The notes: a model not told the origin generated them from the sequence alone. A stretch of DNA of 63,831 bases from an uncultured Alphaproteobacteria bacterium (GCA_964611585.1 CAZTAK010000002.1:9563-73393); one strand, 5' to 3'. Positions 33,038-46,135 are shown, numbered from the stretch's first letter. Made by a program: numbers and translations.

Positions 33038-34549
33038 TTACCGCCCCGCCGTTGCCAGCATCCGCGCGCCTTCCAGCGCCGCGGTGTGCTGTGCGATCAA
33101 GTTTTCGACGCTGACCGCCATCACGTCCAGAAGCGGTGCCGGATAAATGCCGAAGAAAATGACCGTTACGACCAACGGCGCCAAAAACAGTACTTCGCGC
33201 CGGTTGAGGTCGAGGATGTTCTTCAGGTTCTCTTTGTCGAGTACGCCGTAGATCACCCGCCGGTAGAGCCATAACGCATAGCAGGCGCTGAGAATTATGC
33301 CGAACGCCGCCAGCAGCGCCACCCAGGTGTTGACCTGGAATGCACCCACCAGCACCAGGAATTCGCCGACGAATCCGCTGGTGCCGGGCAGGCCGACGTT
33401 GGCGAGCGTAAACACCATGAATACGAAGGCATATTTGGGCATACGGTGAACAAGTCCGCCGTAAGCGTCGATCTCACGCGTGTGCATTCGGTCGTAAATG
33501 ACGCCGACGCTAAGGAACAGCGCGCCCGACACGAGACCGTGGCTCAACATCTGGATAATGCCGCCCTGGATACCCGGCGAGGTGAGCGTGAAGATACCGA
33601 TGGTCACGAAACCCATGTGCGCGACCGACGAGTACGCCACCAGTTTTTTCATGTCGCGTTGCATCAGTGCGACTAGCGAGGTGTAGATTATCGCGATCAC
33701 GCTGAGCCCGAATACCATCGGCGTGAAATAGACCGTGGCATCGGGAAATATCGGGATCGAGAATCGCAGGAACCCGTAAGCGCCCAGCTTCAACAGCACC
33801 GCCGCCAGCACGACCGAGCCCGCCGTTGGCGCCTCGACGTGGGCGTCCGGCAGCCAGGTATGCAGCGGCCACATCGGAATCTTGACCGCGAACGAGGCGA
33901 AGAACGCTATCCACAGCCATTTCTGCAAGCCGGGATCGAAGCTGTGCTGCATCAACGTCGGGATGTCGGTGGTGCCGGCGTCGAAGAACATGAACAGAAT
34001 CGCCAGCAGCATCAGCACCGAACCGGCGAGCGTGTACAAAAAGAACTTGAAGGTCGCGTAGACGCGGTTCTTGCCGCCCCACACCCCGATGATCAGGAAC
34101 ATCGGGATCAGTCCAGCTTCGAAGAACAGATAGAACACCACCACGTCGAGGGCGCCGAAGACGCCGATCATGGTGGTCTCCAGAATCAGAAACGCGATCA
34201 TGTATTCTTTGACGCGGGTCTTGATCGATTCCCAACTCGCCAGAATGCAGATCGGCATCAGGAACGTGGTCAAAATAATGAACAGCATCGAAATGCCGTC
34301 CACGCCCATGTGGTAGGCGATGCCGTCCGTCAACCAGCCGGCGCTCTCCTCGAACTGGAAGGCGGCGGTTCTGGAATCGAATTTGATCCACAGCACCAGC
34401 GACAGCGCAAAGTTGATTAGCGTCGTCCACAGCGCCACGTTGCGGGCGTTGCGGGCGACGATCCCGGGGTCGCCGCGGATCAACAGGATAAAGGCCGCCC
34501 CCACCAACGGCAGGAACGTCACGAGCGACAGAATGGGCCAGTCCGCCAT
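33038..34549 (-). CDS. nuoM: NADH-quinone oxidoreductase subunit M
   Basis: 503-aa polytopic antiporter-like ORF between nuoL and nuoN. Confidence 0.92.
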   Translation of the reverse strand: MADWPILSLVTFLPLVGAAFILLIRGDPGIVARNARNVALWTTLINFALSLVLWIKFDSRTAAFQFEESAGWLTDGIAYHMGVDGISMLFIILTTFLMPICILASWESIKTRVKEYMIAFLILETTMIGVFGALDVVVFYLFFEAGLIPMFLIIGVWGGKNRVYATFKFFLYTLAGSVLMLLAILFMFFDAGTTDIPTLMQHSFDPGLQKWLWIAFFASFAVKIPMWPLHTWLPDAHVEAPTAGSVVLAAVLLKLGAYGFLRFSIPIFPDATVYFTPMVFGLSVIAIIYTSLVALMQRDMKKLVAYSSVAHMGFVTIGIFTLTSPGIQGGIIQMLSHGLVSGALFLSVGVIYDRMHTREIDAYGGLVHRMPKYAFVFMVFTLANVGLPGTSGFVGEFLVLVGAFQVNTWVALLAAFGIILSACYALWLYRRVIYGVLDKENLKNILDLNRREVLFLAPLVVTVIFFGIYPAPLLDVMAVSVENLIAQHTAALEGARMLATAGR

Positions 34550-34552
34550 GTC

Positions 34553-36484
34553 CTACATGCCCCAGATCAGGAACCAGGTGACCAGCGCCGCCACGCCCGC
34601 GAGCATGGCAAAGGCGTAGTGAAAGACGTAACCGGATTGCAGGGCACTGGCGCGGCGGGCGAGATTGACGACCGTCGCCGCCACCCCGTCGGGGCCGAAG
34701 CCGTCTATCACCTTGCCGTCGCCGCCAAGCCAGAGGGTGCGGCCGAGGAATTTCGCCGGGCGCACGAACACGACGTCGTAAAGTTCGTCGAAATACCACT
34801 TGTTGAGGAACAGGCGGTAGAGCCAGGCGTGGGTTTCGGCAAGGCGCGCCGCCGCCTCGGGCCGGCGCACATAGTAGTACCAGGCGAGCAGGATCCCGAT
34901 CAGGGCAACCACCGTCGGCGCCGCCTTGACGGTAAAGCCCAGGTGATGAGCTGCTTCCATCGGGTCGTTGGCGGCCAGCACCAGGATCGACTCGCCCCAG
35001 AAGGCTTCGGCCCCTTCGCCGACCATCCAGCCGGTCGCGATCAGGCCGGCGAAGATCGCCCCCAGCGCCAGTACGATCATCGGGATCGTCATCGACCGCG
35101 GCGCTTCGTGCACGTGGCCCATGACTTCGGTATCGCCGCGCGACCTGCCGTGGAACGTCAGGAACAACACCCGCCACGAATAGAAGGCGGTCAGGAGTGC
35201 CGCAAACAGGCCGACATAGAAGGCATATTCGCCGAGCCGGCCGCCCGCCGCGTAGGCGACCTCGATAATCATGTCCTTGGAAAAGAAGCCCGCGAACACC
35301 GGAATCCCGGCCAGCGACAACGAGCCGATCCACATCAGCACATAGGTCAGCGGCAGCATCGTATAGAGGCCGCCCATCTTGCGCATGTCCTGTTCGTCCG
35401 ACATGGCATGGATCACCGACCCGGCGCCGAGGAACAACAACGCCTTGAAAAAGGCATGGGTGAACAGATGGAACATCGCGGCGCCGTAGGCTGAAACCCC
35501 GACGGCGAAGAACATGTAGCCCAACTGGCTGACGGTCGAGTACGCGATCACGCGCTTGATGTCGTTCTGGACCAGGCCGATGGTGGCGGCGAAAATTGTG
35601 GTCGTGGCACCGACGACGGTGACGATGCCGAGAGTGATCGGCGCGTACTCAAACAACGGCGACATCCGCACCACCAGGAAGACGCCCGCCGTCACCATGG
35701 TCGCGGCGTGGATCAGCGCCGATACCGGTGTCGGGCCCTCCATCGCATCCGGCAGCCAGGTGTGAAGGCCGATCTGCGCCGACTTGCCCATCGCACCAAG
35801 GAACAGGAGGAACGTAAGCGTGGTTAGAATATCGAGGTCGAGGCCGAGGAAATTAAAGGTCCGGCCAGCGAACTCGGGTGCGGCGGCGAAGATGGTTTCG
35901 TAATCGACGGAGCCGAATACGAAGAAGATACCAAAGATTCCGAGCGCGAACCCGAAATCGCCAACGCGGTTGACGACGAAAGCTTTGATCGCGGCAGCGT
36001 TGGCGGCGGGGCGTTTGTACCAAAACCCGATCAATAGATAGGACGAGAGCCCGACGCCTTCCCACCCGAAAAACAGCTGCACCAGATTGTCGGCCGTCAC
36101 CAGCATCAGCATCGCGAAGGTGAACAGCGACAGGTACGCCATGAACCGCGGAATGTTGGGGTCGTGGCTCATGTAGCCGATCGAATACCAGTGCACCAGC
36201 GCGCTGATACCGGTGACGACGACCAGCATGACGGCGGTCAGGGTGTCGATTTGCAGCGCCCAGGACGCCGAAAACGTGCCGGCATCGACCCAGCGCAACA
36301 GTTCGATGTGAACGGTATTGCCGCCCAGCGCGATATCGGCAAAGGCGAACAGCGACAACACCGCCGACGCGCTGACCGCGAAGCACGTCACCAGTTGCGC
36401 GCCGCGGTCGGTAATCCAGCGCCCGAAGAATCCGGCGATGATCGCCGCGGCAATCGGCAGGAAGACGATCAGGGCGTACATCAT
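34553..36484 (-). CDS. nuoL: NADH-quinone oxidoreductase subunit L
   Basis: 643-aa polytopic ORF with the C-terminal extension typical of NuoL. Confidence 0.92.
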   Translation of the reverse strand: MMYALIVFLPIAAAIIAGFFGRWITDRGAQLVTCFAVSASAVLSLFAFADIALGGNTVHIELLRWVDAGTFSASWALQIDTLTAVMLVVVTGISALVHWYSIGYMSHDPNIPRFMAYLSLFTFAMLMLVTADNLVQLFFGWEGVGLSSYLLIGFWYKRPAANAAAIKAFVVNRVGDFGFALGIFGIFFVFGSVDYETIFAAAPEFAGRTFNFLGLDLDILTTLTFLLFLGAMGKSAQIGLHTWLPDAMEGPTPVSALIHAATMVTAGVFLVVRMSPLFEYAPITLGIVTVVGATTTIFAATIGLVQNDIKRVIAYSTVSQLGYMFFAVGVSAYGAAMFHLFTHAFFKALLFLGAGSVIHAMSDEQDMRKMGGLYTMLPLTYVLMWIGSLSLAGIPVFAGFFSKDMIIEVAYAAGGRLGEYAFYVGLFAALLTAFYSWRVLFLTFHGRSRGDTEVMGHVHEAPRSMTIPMIVLALGAIFAGLIATGWMVGEGAEAFWGESILVLAANDPMEAAHHLGFTVKAAPTVVALIGILLAWYYYVRRPEAAARLAETHAWLYRLFLNKWYFDELYDVVFVRPAKFLGRTLWLGGDGKVIDGFGPDGVAATVVNLARRASALQSGYVFHYAFAMLAGVAALVTWFLIWGM

Positions 36485-36491
36485 GGTGCCG

Positions 36492-36800
36492 TCAGCCCTT
36501 CATCAGATTGATGTCTTCGACGGCGATGGTGCCGCGGTTGCGGTAATAGGTCACCAAAATGGCGAGGCCGATCGAGGCCTCGGCCGCGGCCACGGTCAGA
36601 ATCAGCATGGTGAAGACCTGCCCCACCAGATCGCCTAGCGCCGCCGAAAATGCCACCAGATTGATGTTGACCGCGAGTAGTATGAGTTCGATCGACATGA
36701 GAATGACGATCACGTTCTTGCGGTTGAGAAAAATCCCGAACACGCCGATGGTGAACAGCGTCGCCGCAACTGTCAGGTAATGACCGGTGCCGATTTCCAT
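36492..36800 (-). CDS. nuoK: NADH-quinone oxidoreductase subunit K
   Basis: 102-aa ORF with three TM segments. Its start overlaps the nuoJ stop by 1 nt (TGATG). Confidence 0.92.
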   Translation of the reverse strand: MEIGTGHYLTVAATLFTIGVFGIFLNRKNVIVILMSIELILLAVNINLVAFSAALGDLVGQVFTMLILTVAAAEASIGLAILVTYYRNRGTIAVEDINLMKG

Positions 36801-37414
36801 CAGATGCCCTCACCCGGCTTGACTTGTTTCAATTCCACCGACTCCGCAGGCGTGCGTGCAATTTGGCGGGCGATAATCTGTTTGCGGACGCCTTCGCGGG
36901 TCCTCAGCGTCAGAACTATGGCGCCGATCATGGCAGTCAGCAGCACCATGCCCGCGCCCTCGAACAGATAGATGTATTGGGTATAGAGGATCCGCCCCAA
37001 CGCCTCGGTATTGGTGATCCCGCCGGCCTCCGGCGCCGGTGCCACCGCCAGCACCGCGACATCCGGAAAGGCCACGCCGGAGCCGATCACGAACAGCAAT
37101 TCGATCAGCAAAATCAGGCCGATTAACGCCCCCACCGGCAAATATTGAAGGAACCCCTGGCGCAGCTCGACGAAGTTGATATCGAGCATCATCACCACGA
37201 ACAGGAACAGCACCGCCACCGCGCCGACGTAGACGATCACCATGACCATCGCCAGGAATTCTGCCCCCAGCAACACGAACAGCGCCGCCCCGTTGAAGAA
37301 TGCGAGGATCAGGAACAGCACCGAATGCACCGGGTTGCGCGCCGAAATAACCATCACGCCCGAGGCGATGATGAGGGCGGCGAAAAGGTAGAATGCGAAT
37401 ACTTGAATAATCAT
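36800..37414 (-). CDS. nuoJ: NADH-quinone oxidoreductase subunit J
   Basis: ORF 36800..37591 trimmed to ATG 37414 ([31 protein letters not shown]...), the canonical NuoJ N-terminus. Confidence 0.9.
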   Translation of the reverse strand: MIIQVFAFYLFAALIIASGVMVISARNPVHSVLFLILAFFNGAALFVLLGAEFLAMVMVIVYVGAVAVLFLFVVMMLDINFVELRQGFLQYLPVGALIGLILLIELLFVIGSGVAFPDVAVLAVAPAPEAGGITNTEALGRILYTQYIYLFEGAGMVLLTAMIGAIVLTLRTREGVRKQIIARQIARTPAESVELKQVKPGEGI

Positions 37415-37442
37415 ATCGGTAGGTTGGGACGGATACGGGGGA

Positions 37443-37931
37443 CTAGCGGTAGGGCGCGTCGCGTTCGAGGTTGGCGGCGATTTCACGCTCCCAGCGGTCG
37501 CCGTTGGCGAGCAACTTCTCCTTGTTGTAGTAAAGTTCTTCGCGGGTCTCGGTGGCAAATTCGAAGTTCGGGCCTTCCACGATGGCGTCAACCGGGCAGG
37601 CCTCCTCGCAGAACCCGCAAAAAATACATTTGGTCATGTCGATGTCGTAGCGCGTGGTGCGGCGGCTGCCGTCGGCGCGCGGTTCGGCCTCGATGGTGAT
37701 GGCCTGGGCCGGGCAGACGGCTTCGCACAGCTTGCAGGCGATACAGCGTTCCTCGCCGTTGGGATACCGCCGAAGCACATGCTCGCCCCGGAAGCGCGGG
37801 CTCAACATACCTTTCTCGAAGGGGTAGTTGATTGTCACGCGCCGCTTGAACAGATAGCGGAACGTGATCGCCATGCCCGACAAAAGCTCGATCAGAAAGA
37901 GGGCGCGAACGCTGCGGTCAATGAATGCCAT
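37443..37931 (-). CDS. nuoI: NADH-quinone oxidoreductase subunit I
   Basis: 162-aa ORF with two 4Fe-4S ferredoxin motifs ([24 protein letters not shown]). Confidence 0.95.
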   Translation of the reverse strand: MAFIDRSVRALFLIELLSGMAITFRYLFKRRVTINYPFEKGMLSPRFRGEHVLRRYPNGEERCIACKLCEAVCPAQAITIEAEPRADGSRRTTRYDIDMTKCIFCGFCEEACPVDAIVEGPNFEFATETREELYYNKEKLLANGDRWEREIAANLERDAPYR

Positions 37932-37940
37932 GCACGACGC

Positions 37941-38951
37941 CTAGTTTGAAAACCAGTCGAAGGCCAACATCGCCCCCGCCGTCACGACGACCCACAGCAG
38001 CGAAAACGGCAGAAAAACTTTCCAGCCGAGGCGCATAAGTTGGTCGTAGCGATAACGCGGGAACGAAGCGCGCACCCAGATAAACACGAACAAGACCCCG
38101 ATGATCTTGAAGACGAACCACAAGACGCCCGGAATCCACGTGAACGGCACGACATCGAAGGGCGGCAACCAGCCGCCCAGAAACAGGATCACCGTCAAAC
38201 CGCTCATGAGGATCATGTTGGCGTATTCGGCGAGAAAGAAGAGCACGAACGGGACCGCCGAGTATTCGACCTGAAAACCGGCGACCAGTTCGTTTTCGGC
38301 CTCGGGAAGGTCGAAGGGGTGGCGGTTGGTTTCGGCGAGGGCCGAGACAAAGAAGATCACGAACATCGGCAGCAGCGGCACGGCGAACCACAAGTCTTTC
38401 TGCGCCATGACAATTTTAGACAAATTGAGCGATCCCGCCGCCAGCAACACCGTCACAATGACGAAGCCGATGGAGACTTCGTAGGAAACCATTTGCGCGG
38501 CCGAGCGCAGCGCCCCAAGAAACGGATAGCGCGAATTCGATGCCCAGCCTGCCATGACGATTCCGTAAACGCCCAGCGATGAGATCGCGAACAGGTACAG
38601 AATTCCGACATTGATGTCGGCGATCACCCAGCCTTCGTCGAACGGGATCACCGCCCAGGCAATCATCGAGAGAATAAACATGACCAGCGGCCCGATCAGA
38701 AACACCACCTTGTTGGCATTTGTCGGAACGACGGTTTCCTTGAAAAAGACTTTGATGAGATCGGCGAACGATTGCAGCAGGCCGAACGGGCCAACCACGT
38801 TGGGACCGCGGCGCTGCGACATCGCCGCCAGCAACTTGCGCTCGTAGTAGACAAGAAACGCGACCGCGACCATCACCGGCAGCATCACCGCCAAGATTTG
38901 CGCCAGAATGATCAGCGTGGGGGCCAGATATCCGCTCCAGAACTCAGCCAT
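37941..38951 (-). CDS. nuoH: NADH-quinone oxidoreductase subunit H
   Basis: 336-aa polytopic ORF, NuoH/ND1-like (…[20 protein letters not shown]…). Confidence 0.93.
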   Translation of the reverse strand: MAEFWSGYLAPTLIILAQILAVMLPVMVAVAFLVYYERKLLAAMSQRRGPNVVGPFGLLQSFADLIKVFFKETVVPTNANKVVFLIGPLVMFILSMIAWAVIPFDEGWVIADINVGILYLFAISSLGVYGIVMAGWASNSRYPFLGALRSAAQMVSYEVSIGFVIVTVLLAAGSLNLSKIVMAQKDLWFAVPLLPMFVIFFVSALAETNRHPFDLPEAENELVAGFQVEYSAVPFVLFFLAEYANMILMSGLTVILFLGGWLPPFDVVPFTWIPGVLWFVFKIIGVLFVFIWVRASFPRYRYDQLMRLGWKVFLPFSLLWVVVTAGAMLAFDWFSN

Positions 38952-41004
38952 CGGTGCCGGTCCTCGCCGCGTCGCGGACGTAAAGCGCGCTGCATTCGGC
39001 CATAATCTCGGAGGCGCGGCAGATCGAATTGGTAAGGTAGAAGTCCTCCGTCGGCAGCACGAACGGGTCCGCCGCCGTGTCGCCCGGCGTTCCGAATTCG
39101 CCCCACGCCGATTCCGTCACGGCGTCCAGCGTCGCCAGACCCGGCGCCGCTTCGATCATCGCGGCGCGCAACTCGGCTTTTGATTCGAACGGCAGCGTGT
39201 GCCCTATCGACTCGGAGAGCGCGCGGATGACGGCCCAGTCTTCGCGGGCGTCACCCGGTGGAAACACCGCGCGCGCGGTGCGTTGCGCCCGGCCCTCGGT
39301 ACTGACGTAGGTCCCGCCTTTTTCGGTATAGGCCGCACCCGGCAGAATGACGCCGGCCCGGTGCGCCCCGGCGTCGCCGTGATGACCCTGATAGATCACG
39401 AAGGCGCTGCCCAAATCGTCCATCGCGATTTCGTCAGCGCCGAGGAGATACAGAATTTCGATCGCGCCCTCGCCCGCGCCGGCGATGATTTCGTCGGTGC
39501 CACGCCCGCCCGCGCCCGGCACGAAGCCGATATCCATCGCGCCGACCCTCGCCGCCGCGGTCTGCAACACGTTGAACCCGTTCCAGCCGTTCCTCACCAT
39601 GCCGAATTTTTCCGCCACCGCGCGGCCTGTGGCGAGAACCGCCGCGCCATCGGGCCGGGTAAGCGCGCCCTGGCCAAGCACGATCATCGGACGGTCGGCG
39701 GCCTCCAGCGTCCTGGCGAACGAATGGTTCCCGGCCAGTATCCCGGCCAGCGTTTCGGGCCCGGCGCCGAGAGACTCGGTGCGGTAGGTCAGGTCCACGG
39801 CGGGACCGATCACCCCGACAGGAAAGCCGCCCATCAGGTAGCGTTTGCGCAGGCGCGCGTTGATCAGCGGCGCTTCCCAGCGCGGATTGGTTCCCACCAG
39901 CAGGCACGCATCGGCGTTTTCGATACCGGCAATGGTGGTGTTGAACAGGTAGGATGCCCGGACGCGCGGGTCGAGCGCGGCGCCATCGAGGCGGCAATCG
40001 AGATTCGCCGAACCCAGCGACCCCATCAAACCCTTGAGAGCGTATATCGATTCGGCGTCGGCCAAATCGCCCGCCAGCGCCGCGATCCGGCTCCCCTCGA
40101 CGCCCCGGACCCGGTCGGCGATGCGCGCGAACGCCTCGCTCCAGGTGGCGGCACGCAGTTTTCCCTGGTCGCGCACGTAAGCGCGGTCGAGGCGCTGCCG
40201 CGCCAGGCCATCGACGGCAAAGCGCGTCTTGTCGGAAATCCATTCTTCGTTCAGGTCTTCATGCGGGCGCGGCAAGACCCGCATCACCGCCTGGCCGCGC
40301 GAATCAACCCGGATGCTGCTGCCGACGGCATCGTGGACGTCGATCGATTCGGTCTTGGTCAGTTCCCACGACCGCGCCGAAAACGCGTAGGGCTTTGAGG
40401 TGAGCGCGCCGACCGGACAGAGATCGATCAGATTGCCCGATAATTCGGACGTCAGCGCGCCTTCAACATAGGTGGTGATCTCCATGTGTTCGCCGCGCCC
40501 GATGGCCCCGAGTTCAGGGACGCCCGCGATCTCGGACGCGAACCGGATGCAGCGCGTGCAATGGATGCAGCGCGTCATGATGGTTTTCACCAGCGGGCCG
40601 AGGTTCTTGTCCCTGACGGCGCGCTTGTTCTCGGCGAAGCGGTTCGATCCGCGCCCGTAGGCCATTGCCTGATCCTGCAGATCGCACTCGCCGCCCTGAT
40701 CGCAGATCGGGCAATCGAGCGGGTGATTGATGAGCAGAAATTCCATCACCCCTTCGCGTGCCTTCTTGACGCTTTCGCTGTTGGTGAGAACCACCATGCC
40801 ATCGGCGGCCGGCATCGCGCACGACGCGACCGGTTTGGGCGAGCGTTCGATTTCCACGAGGCACATGCGGCAGTTGCCGGCGATCGACAGGCGGTCGTGA
40901 TAACAGAAGCGCGGAATCTCGACGCCGGCCTGCTCGCAGGCCTGCATGACGGTGAGTCCGTTCTCGACCGTGATCTCGGTTCCGTCGATGGTGAGCGTCG
41001 GCAT
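38944..41004 (-). CDS. nuoG: NADH-quinone oxidoreductase subunit G
   Basis: ORF 38944..41106 trimmed to ATG 41004 ([24 protein letters not shown]...), which overlaps the nuoF stop by 1 nt. N-terminal 2Fe-2S and 4Fe-4S cysteine clusters. Confidence 0.93.
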   Translation of the reverse strand: MPTLTIDGTEITVENGLTVMQACEQAGVEIPRFCYHDRLSIAGNCRMCLVEIERSPKPVASCAMPAADGMVVLTNSESVKKAREGVMEFLLINHPLDCPICDQGGECDLQDQAMAYGRGSNRFAENKRAVRDKNLGPLVKTIMTRCIHCTRCIRFASEIAGVPELGAIGRGEHMEITTYVEGALTSELSGNLIDLCPVGALTSKPYAFSARSWELTKTESIDVHDAVGSSIRVDSRGQAVMRVLPRPHEDLNEEWISDKTRFAVDGLARQRLDRAYVRDQGKLRAATWSEAFARIADRVRGVEGSRIAALAGDLADAESIYALKGLMGSLGSANLDCRLDGAALDPRVRASYLFNTTIAGIENADACLLVGTNPRWEAPLINARLRKRYLMGGFPVGVIGPAVDLTYRTESLGAGPETLAGILAGNHSFARTLEAADRPMIVLGQGALTRPDGAAVLATGRAVAEKFGMVRNGWNGFNVLQTAAARVGAMDIGFVPGAGGRGTDEIIAGAGEGAIEILYLLGADEIAMDDLGSAFVIYQGHHGDAGAHRAGVILPGAAYTEKGGTYVSTEGRAQRTARAVFPPGDAREDWAVIRALSESIGHTLPFESKAELRAAMIEAAPGLATLDAVTESAWGEFGTPGDTAADPFVLPTEDFYLTNSICRASEIMAECSALYVRDAARTGTDG

Positions 41005-42302
41005 CAGGCGGCCTCCGCTTTCCGGCCGGCGGAAGATTTGCGGTAGGTCAGGATGCGGTCTTCCATGACGTCGCGGAAATTCCGGATCAGGCCCTGGATC
41101 GGCCACGCCGCGGCGTCACCCAGCGCACAAATGGTGTGCCCTTCGACCTGATTGGCGACATCCAGCAGGGTGTCGATTTCCTCGATGTGGGCCTCGCCAC
41201 GGACCATGCGTTCCATTACCCGCCACATCCAGCCGGTCCCTTCGCGGCAGGGCGTGCACTGGCCGCAACTTTCGTGCATGTAGAATTTCGCCAGCCGCGC
41301 AATCGCAGCAATAATGTCGGTCGATTTGTCCATAACGATGACGGCAGCCGTGCCGAGACCGGAACGCTGCTCGGCGAGCGAGTCAAAATCCATCAGAACG
41401 TTGTCGCAGATATTGCGCGAAAGACACGGCACCGACGAGCCGCCGGGAATCACCGACAACAGATTGTCCCAGCCGCCGCGCACGCCGCCGGCGTGTTTGT
41501 CGATCAACTCGCGCAACGGGATGCCCATCTCCTCTTCCACGTTGCATGGATGTTCGACGTGGCCGGAGATGCAAAAAAGCTTCGTGCCGGTATTCTTGGG
41601 CCGGCCGAAGCCCGCAAACCACGACGCGCCGCGGCGCATGATGGCGGGGACGACGGCAATGCTTTCGACATTGTTCACCGTCGTCGGGCTGCCCCACACG
41701 CCCATGTTGGCCGGGAACGGCGGTTTGAGACGCGGTTGGCCCTTCTTGCCTTCGAGGCTTTCGATCAGGGCCATTTCCTCGCCGCAGATGTATGCGCCGG
41801 CGCCGCGATGAACAAGAATATCGAACGCCCAGCCCGAGCCGCAGGCGTCCGCGCCCAGCAACCCGGCGTCGCGTGCCTCGTCGATGGCCACCTCGAGAAC
41901 GTTCGCCTCGGCATGAAATTCGCCGCGGATATAGATGTAGGCAATATGCGCGCCCATCGCGAACCCGGCGATGAGGCAGCCTTCCAGCAGCTTGTGCGGG
42001 TCGTGGCGCATGATGTCGCGATCTTTACAGGTCCCGGGTTCGCCCTCGTCGGCGTTGACCACCAGGTAATGGGGCCGATCGCCGACCTCCTTGGGCATGA
42101 ACGACCATTTGAGCCCGGTCGGAAAGCCGGCGCCGCCACGCCCGCGCAGGCCCGATCCCTTCATTTCCTCGATGATGCCGTCGCGGCCCCGGACGAGGAT
42201 CGCCTTGGTGTTGTCCCAATCGCCCCGTTTGCGGGCAGCCTCAAGCCGCCAGTCCTCGAAACCGTAGAGGTTGGTGAAAATGCGGTCGCGGTCACGCAGC
42301 AT
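41004..42302 (-). CDS. nuoF: NADH-quinone oxidoreductase subunit F
   Basis: 432-aa ORF with FMN/NADH-binding [16 protein letters not shown] and a C-terminal 4Fe-4S motif [12 protein letters not shown]. Confidence 0.95.
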   Translation of the reverse strand: MLRDRDRIFTNLYGFEDWRLEAARKRGDWDNTKAILVRGRDGIIEEMKGSGLRGRGGAGFPTGLKWSFMPKEVGDRPHYLVVNADEGEPGTCKDRDIMRHDPHKLLEGCLIAGFAMGAHIAYIYIRGEFHAEANVLEVAIDEARDAGLLGADACGSGWAFDILVHRGAGAYICGEEMALIESLEGKKGQPRLKPPFPANMGVWGSPTTVNNVESIAVVPAIMRRGASWFAGFGRPKNTGTKLFCISGHVEHPCNVEEEMGIPLRELIDKHAGGVRGGWDNLLSVIPGGSSVPCLSRNICDNVLMDFDSLAEQRSGLGTAAVIVMDKSTDIIAAIARLAKFYMHESCGQCTPCREGTGWMWRVMERMVRGEAHIEEIDTLLDVANQVEGHTICALGDAAAWPIQGLIRNFRDVMEDRILTYRKSSAGRKAEAA

Positions 42303-42304
42303 GA

Positions 42305-42907
42305 CTATTCGATCCCGGTCAACGTGGTCGGCCCCGGCACCGGCGCCGAAGTCTGGCGCCCGGTTTGCGGCCCGGCCCGCGGCTTCTCACCGGATTTGAG
42401 GTCTTCGAGGATGCGCACCGTGGTGTGCTCATCCACATCTTCGTAGTAATCATCGTTGATCTGAAGAATCGGTGCGTTGACGCAAGCGCCAAGACATTCG
42501 ACCTCGCGCAAAGTGAACTTGCCGTCGGCCGTTGTCTCGCCCAGTTCGACACCGAGCGATTTCTTGCACGCCCCAACCACGTCGTCCGACCCGCGCAGCC
42601 AGCACGGCGTCGTCGTGCACACCTGAACCAGGTGTTCGCCGACCGGCGCGAGGTTGTACATCGTGTAAAAAGTCGCGACCTCCATCGCTTGAATCAGCGG
42701 CATGTCGATCATGCCGGCCACATATTCGATTGCCGCCTGCGGCAGCCAGCCGCCGGACTGGCGCTGGGCGAGATCGAGCAGCGGCATGATCGCGCTCGCC
42801 TGACGGCCTTCTGGATAGCGCGCAATAATGGCGCGCACGCGTTCCTCGTTTTGCGCCGTGAAGGCGAACGTGTCCGGTTGCTCGGGTGTGGCGCGTGTTG
42901 TGCTCAT
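42305..42907 (-). CDS. nuoE: NADH-quinone oxidoreductase subunit E
   Basis: 200-aa ORF with thioredoxin-like 2Fe-2S cysteines ([11 protein letters not shown] ... [10 protein letters not shown]). Confidence 0.93.
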   Translation of the reverse strand: MSTTRATPEQPDTFAFTAQNEERVRAIIARYPEGRQASAIMPLLDLAQRQSGGWLPQAAIEYVAGMIDMPLIQAMEVATFYTMYNLAPVGEHLVQVCTTTPCWLRGSDDVVGACKKSLGVELGETTADGKFTLREVECLGACVNAPILQINDDYYEDVDEHTTVRILEDLKSGEKPRAGPQTGRQTSAPVPGPTTLTGIE

Positions 42908-44082
42908 CGGTCAACCTCGCCGAAAACGATGTCCAGGCTGCCGATGATCGCTCCGAGGTCGGCCAGCATGTGCCCCCTTGACATAAAGTCGAGCGCCTGC
43001 AGATGCGTGAACGCGGGCGAACGGAGCCTGCAACGGTAGGGCTTGTTCGTCCCGTCCGACACCAGATAGACCGCGAATTCTCCCTTCGGCGTTTCGACCG
43101 CGGTGTAGGTTTCGCCGGCGGGGACATGAAAGCCTTCGGAATAGAGCTTGAAGTGATGGATCATCGCTTCCATCGAATTCTTCATGGTCTCGCGTTTTGG
43201 CGGCGTGACCTTTTCGTCGGTGGTTGCAACCGGCCCGTCGGGCAAGCGTTCGATGCACTGGCGCATGATTGAAACGCTCTGGCGCATTTCTTCCACGCGG
43301 CACAGGTATCGGTCGTAACAGTCGCCGTTCTTGCCCACCGGGATTTCGAATTCCATGTCGGCATAGACGTCGTAGGGCTGGGCCTTGCGCAAATCCCAGG
43401 CGGCGCCGCTGCCGCGCAGCATGACGCCGGAGAATCCCCAGTTTTGCGCTTGGGTCAGCGTGACGGCGCCAATATCGACATTGCGCTGCTTGAAGATGCG
43501 GTTATTCGTCAGCAACCCTTCTATGTCGTCGAGCACATTGGGAAAGGTATCGCAAAACTCGATGATGTCTTCGGTCAGGCCGGCGGGCAGGTCCTGATGG
43601 ACGCCGCCGACGCGAAAGTAAGCCGCGTGGAACCGCGCGCCAGAAACACGCTCGTAGAACTCCAACAGTTTGTCGCGCTCCTCGAACCCCCATAGCGCCG
43701 GCGTCATCGCGCCCACGTCCAGCGCATGGGTGGTGATGGTCAAGATGTGAGTGAGGATTCGCGTGATTTCGCAGAACAGCACGCGGATATACTGGCCGCG
43801 CGCCGGCACCTCGACGCTGAGCAGTTTTTCCGCCCCCAGCACGAAGGCGTGCTCCAAGGCCATCGGCGAGACGTAATCGAGCCGGTCGAAGTAGGGAATC
43901 GACTGCAAGTACGTCTTGTGCTCGATCAGTTTTTCGGTACCCCGGTGCAGCAGACCGATGTGCGGATCGGCGCGCCGCACTACCTCGCCGTCGAGTTCCA
44001 ACACCAGGCGCAGGACACCGTGCGCCGCCGGGTGCTGGGGCCCGAAGTTCATGGTGTAGGTGTTGATTTGGGTTTCGGCCAT
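42904..44082 (-). CDS. nuoD: NADH-quinone oxidoreductase subunit D
   Basis: 392-aa ORF with the N-terminus ...[26 protein letters not shown] overlap with nuoE. Confidence 0.95.
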   Translation of the reverse strand: MAETQINTYTMNFGPQHPAAHGVLRLVLELDGEVVRRADPHIGLLHRGTEKLIEHKTYLQSIPYFDRLDYVSPMALEHAFVLGAEKLLSVEVPARGQYIRVLFCEITRILTHILTITTHALDVGAMTPALWGFEERDKLLEFYERVSGARFHAAYFRVGGVHQDLPAGLTEDIIEFCDTFPNVLDDIEGLLTNNRIFKQRNVDIGAVTLTQAQNWGFSGVMLRGSGAAWDLRKAQPYDVYADMEFEIPVGKNGDCYDRYLCRVEEMRQSVSIMRQCIERLPDGPVATTDEKVTPPKRETMKNSMEAMIHHFKLYSEGFHVPAGETYTAVETPKGEFAVYLVSDGTNKPYRCRLRSPAFTHLQALDFMSRGHMLADLGAIIGSLDIVFGEVDR

Positions 44083-44714
44083 CAGCTCTTGCCCTTGCCG
44101 CCTGGCTCCGCCGCCGGATCCGCCTTTTCGTCACCGGGCAGGGCATAATCGGCGCCTTCCCACGGGCTCATGAAATCGAAACGACGGTAATCCTGGGTCA
44201 GCGAGACGGGCTCGTAGACGACGCGCTTTTCGGTTTCGTCGTATCGCACCTCGACATACCCGGTGAGCGGAAAATCCTTGCGCAACGGGTGGCCGTCGAA
44301 CCCGTAATCGCTCAACATGCGGCGCAAATCAAGATGACCGGCAAACATAATGCCGTACATGTCCCACGCTTCACGTTCGTACCAGCCGGCGTTGCTGTAG
44401 ATCGCAACCACAGAAGGCACCGGCGTATTTTCGTCGGTTGCGGCCTTGACACGGACGCGGTGGTTGTGGGTCAAACTCAACAGGTTATAGATCACGTCGA
44501 AACGCTTTTCGCGGGCAGGATAATCGGCCCCGCAAATGTCGACTAATACCTTGCATTGGCATCCGGCATCGTCGCGCAGGAACGTCATGACCTTGGCGAC
44601 GCTCTCGCCCGGGACCGACACCATCAGTTCGCCAAACGCGACTTCGGTGCCGGTGACATCGTCGCCAAGGGCAGCGGCGATGTATTCACCTAGTTCGCGA
44701 AGTGCCTCGTCCAT
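44082..44714 (-). CDS. nuoC: NADH-quinone oxidoreductase subunit C
   Basis: 210-aa ORF, NuoC/30-kDa subunit-like (…[22 protein letters not shown]…). Confidence 0.93.
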   Translation of the reverse strand: MDEALRELGEYIAAALGDDVTGTEVAFGELMVSVPGESVAKVMTFLRDDAGCQCKVLVDICGADYPAREKRFDVIYNLLSLTHNHRVRVKAATDENTPVPSVVAIYSNAGWYEREAWDMYGIMFAGHLDLRRMLSDYGFDGHPLRKDFPLTGYVEVRYDETEKRVVYEPVSLTQDYRRFDFMSPWEGADYALPGDEKADPAAEPGGKGKS

Positions 44715-44746
44715 GGGGGTTGGGTCCTGAGCGGTACGGGTCGAAA

Positions 44747-45289
44747 TCAGCGGGCGATGGTGCCGGTGCGGCGGATCTTTTTCTGCAACTGAAGAAGTCC
44801 GTACACCAGGGCCTCCGCGGTCGGCGGACAGCCGGGCACATAGATATCGACCGGCACGATGCGGTCACACCCCCGTACTACCGAATAGGAATAGTGGTAA
44901 TAGCCGCCCCCGTTGGCGCAACTTCCCATCGAAATGACGTAACGCGGTTCAGCCATCTGGTCGTAAACCTTACGCATCACGGGAGCCATCTTGTTCGTGA
45001 GCGTCCCCGCGACGATCATCACGTCCGCCTGGCGCGGACTGGCACGCGGCATAATTCCGAACCGGTCGAGGTCGTAGCGCGGCATCGCGGCGTGTACCAT
45101 CTCAATGAAGCAGCACGCCAGCCCGAAGGTCACCCACCACAACGAACCGGTGCGGGCCCAGTTCACCATCTTGTCGAGATTGGCAATGACGAACCCCTTG
45201 TCGGCGAGATCGTCCGACATGGAATTGAACAATGCCGCTTCGCGGGCGGTCGTGGCGGCCGGCATTTGCGGCGCCGGGTTCATTCCCAT
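44747..45289 (-). CDS. nuoB: NADH-quinone oxidoreductase subunit B
   Basis: ORF 44747..45508 trimmed to ATG 45289 (alternative ATG 45283 makes an ATGA overlap with the nuoA stop). [15 protein letters not shown] and PGCPPT N2-cluster motifs. Confidence 0.9.
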   Translation of the reverse strand: MGMNPAPQMPAATTAREAALFNSMSDDLADKGFVIANLDKMVNWARTGSLWWVTFGLACCFIEMVHAAMPRYDLDRFGIMPRASPRQADVMIVAGTLTNKMAPVMRKVYDQMAEPRYVISMGSCANGGGYYHYSYSVVRGCDRIVPVDIYVPGCPPTAEALVYGLLQLQKKIRRTGTIAR

Positions 45290-45645
45290 ACCAGCGCCCC
45301 CTTCTTCCATTCGTAAATGAATCCGACCGTCAGAATGACGAGGAACACGACCATCGACCAGAACCCAAAGACACCGATGTCGCCCAGCGTCACCGCCCAG
45401 GGAAACAGGAACGCGACCTCGAGATCGAAAATGATGAACAGGATCGCCACCAGATAGAACCGCACCTCGAATTGCCCCCGCGTATCGCCGAACGGGGCGA
45501 ACCCGCATTCGTAGGTCGAGAGCTTTGCTGTATCGGGCTTTTGGACGGAAACAATGTAGGACGCGGCGATGAACAGTATCCCGAAGACAGCGGCGACGCC
45601 GATGAAGATCAAAATCGGCAGGTAGTCCCGGAGCGGGTCTTCCAT
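45280..45645 (-). CDS. nuoA: NADH-quinone oxidoreductase subunit A
   Basis: 121-aa ORF with three TM segments and the YECGF motif. First gene of the operon. Confidence 0.93.
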   Translation of the reverse strand: MEDPLRDYLPILIFIGVAAVFGILFIAASYIVSVQKPDTAKLSTYECGFAPFGDTRGQFEVRFYLVAILFIIFDLEVAFLFPWAVTLGDIGVFGFWSMVVFLVILTVGFIYEWKKGALVWE

Positions 45646-46058
45646 TTCGGCTCTCTCGGCGGCCCCTTTAGCGTCACGTTGCGCGGCGCTTCGACGTAGC
45701 TACACGGCCAGCGGCCGTCCGGATCCCCCAGTAGGCGGCCGGCGGTGAAGTATAGGACCGATGCTGCCAGTACGAAAGACAACGCTCAGCCTTGCCACGC
45801 GGACCGTAACCTAGGCGGTTGTCCCATAACAAACAACTGCTTGGGCGCCGTTAGACCCCAATTCCGGAGTGGAAGAAGGGAGGCTCACCATTCATTCGGG
45901 CAGGGTTGGCGGCAAATCGTCGCGGGCTGCCGGTATTCGCGCGGGCAATCGGCGGAAATCGGCGCGCCTGGCGCCGACGGCGCTCCCGGCAACGGCGCCA
46001 TACCGATCCGGCCGGAAGGCGTCGGCACCGGGGCGCAATTGCCTAGAAATCCAAGAAA

Positions 46059-46135
<77 letters not shown>

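Noticed and set aside
33510-35333. 607-aa minus-strand ORF spanning the nuoM/nuoL junction out of frame. Similar same-strand shadow ORFs occur at 31727..32959 and 11696..12532.
   Set aside because: These are out-of-frame overlaps of clearly identified genes with Arg/Gly/Pro-rich products. They are high-GC shadow ORFs, not overlapping genes.
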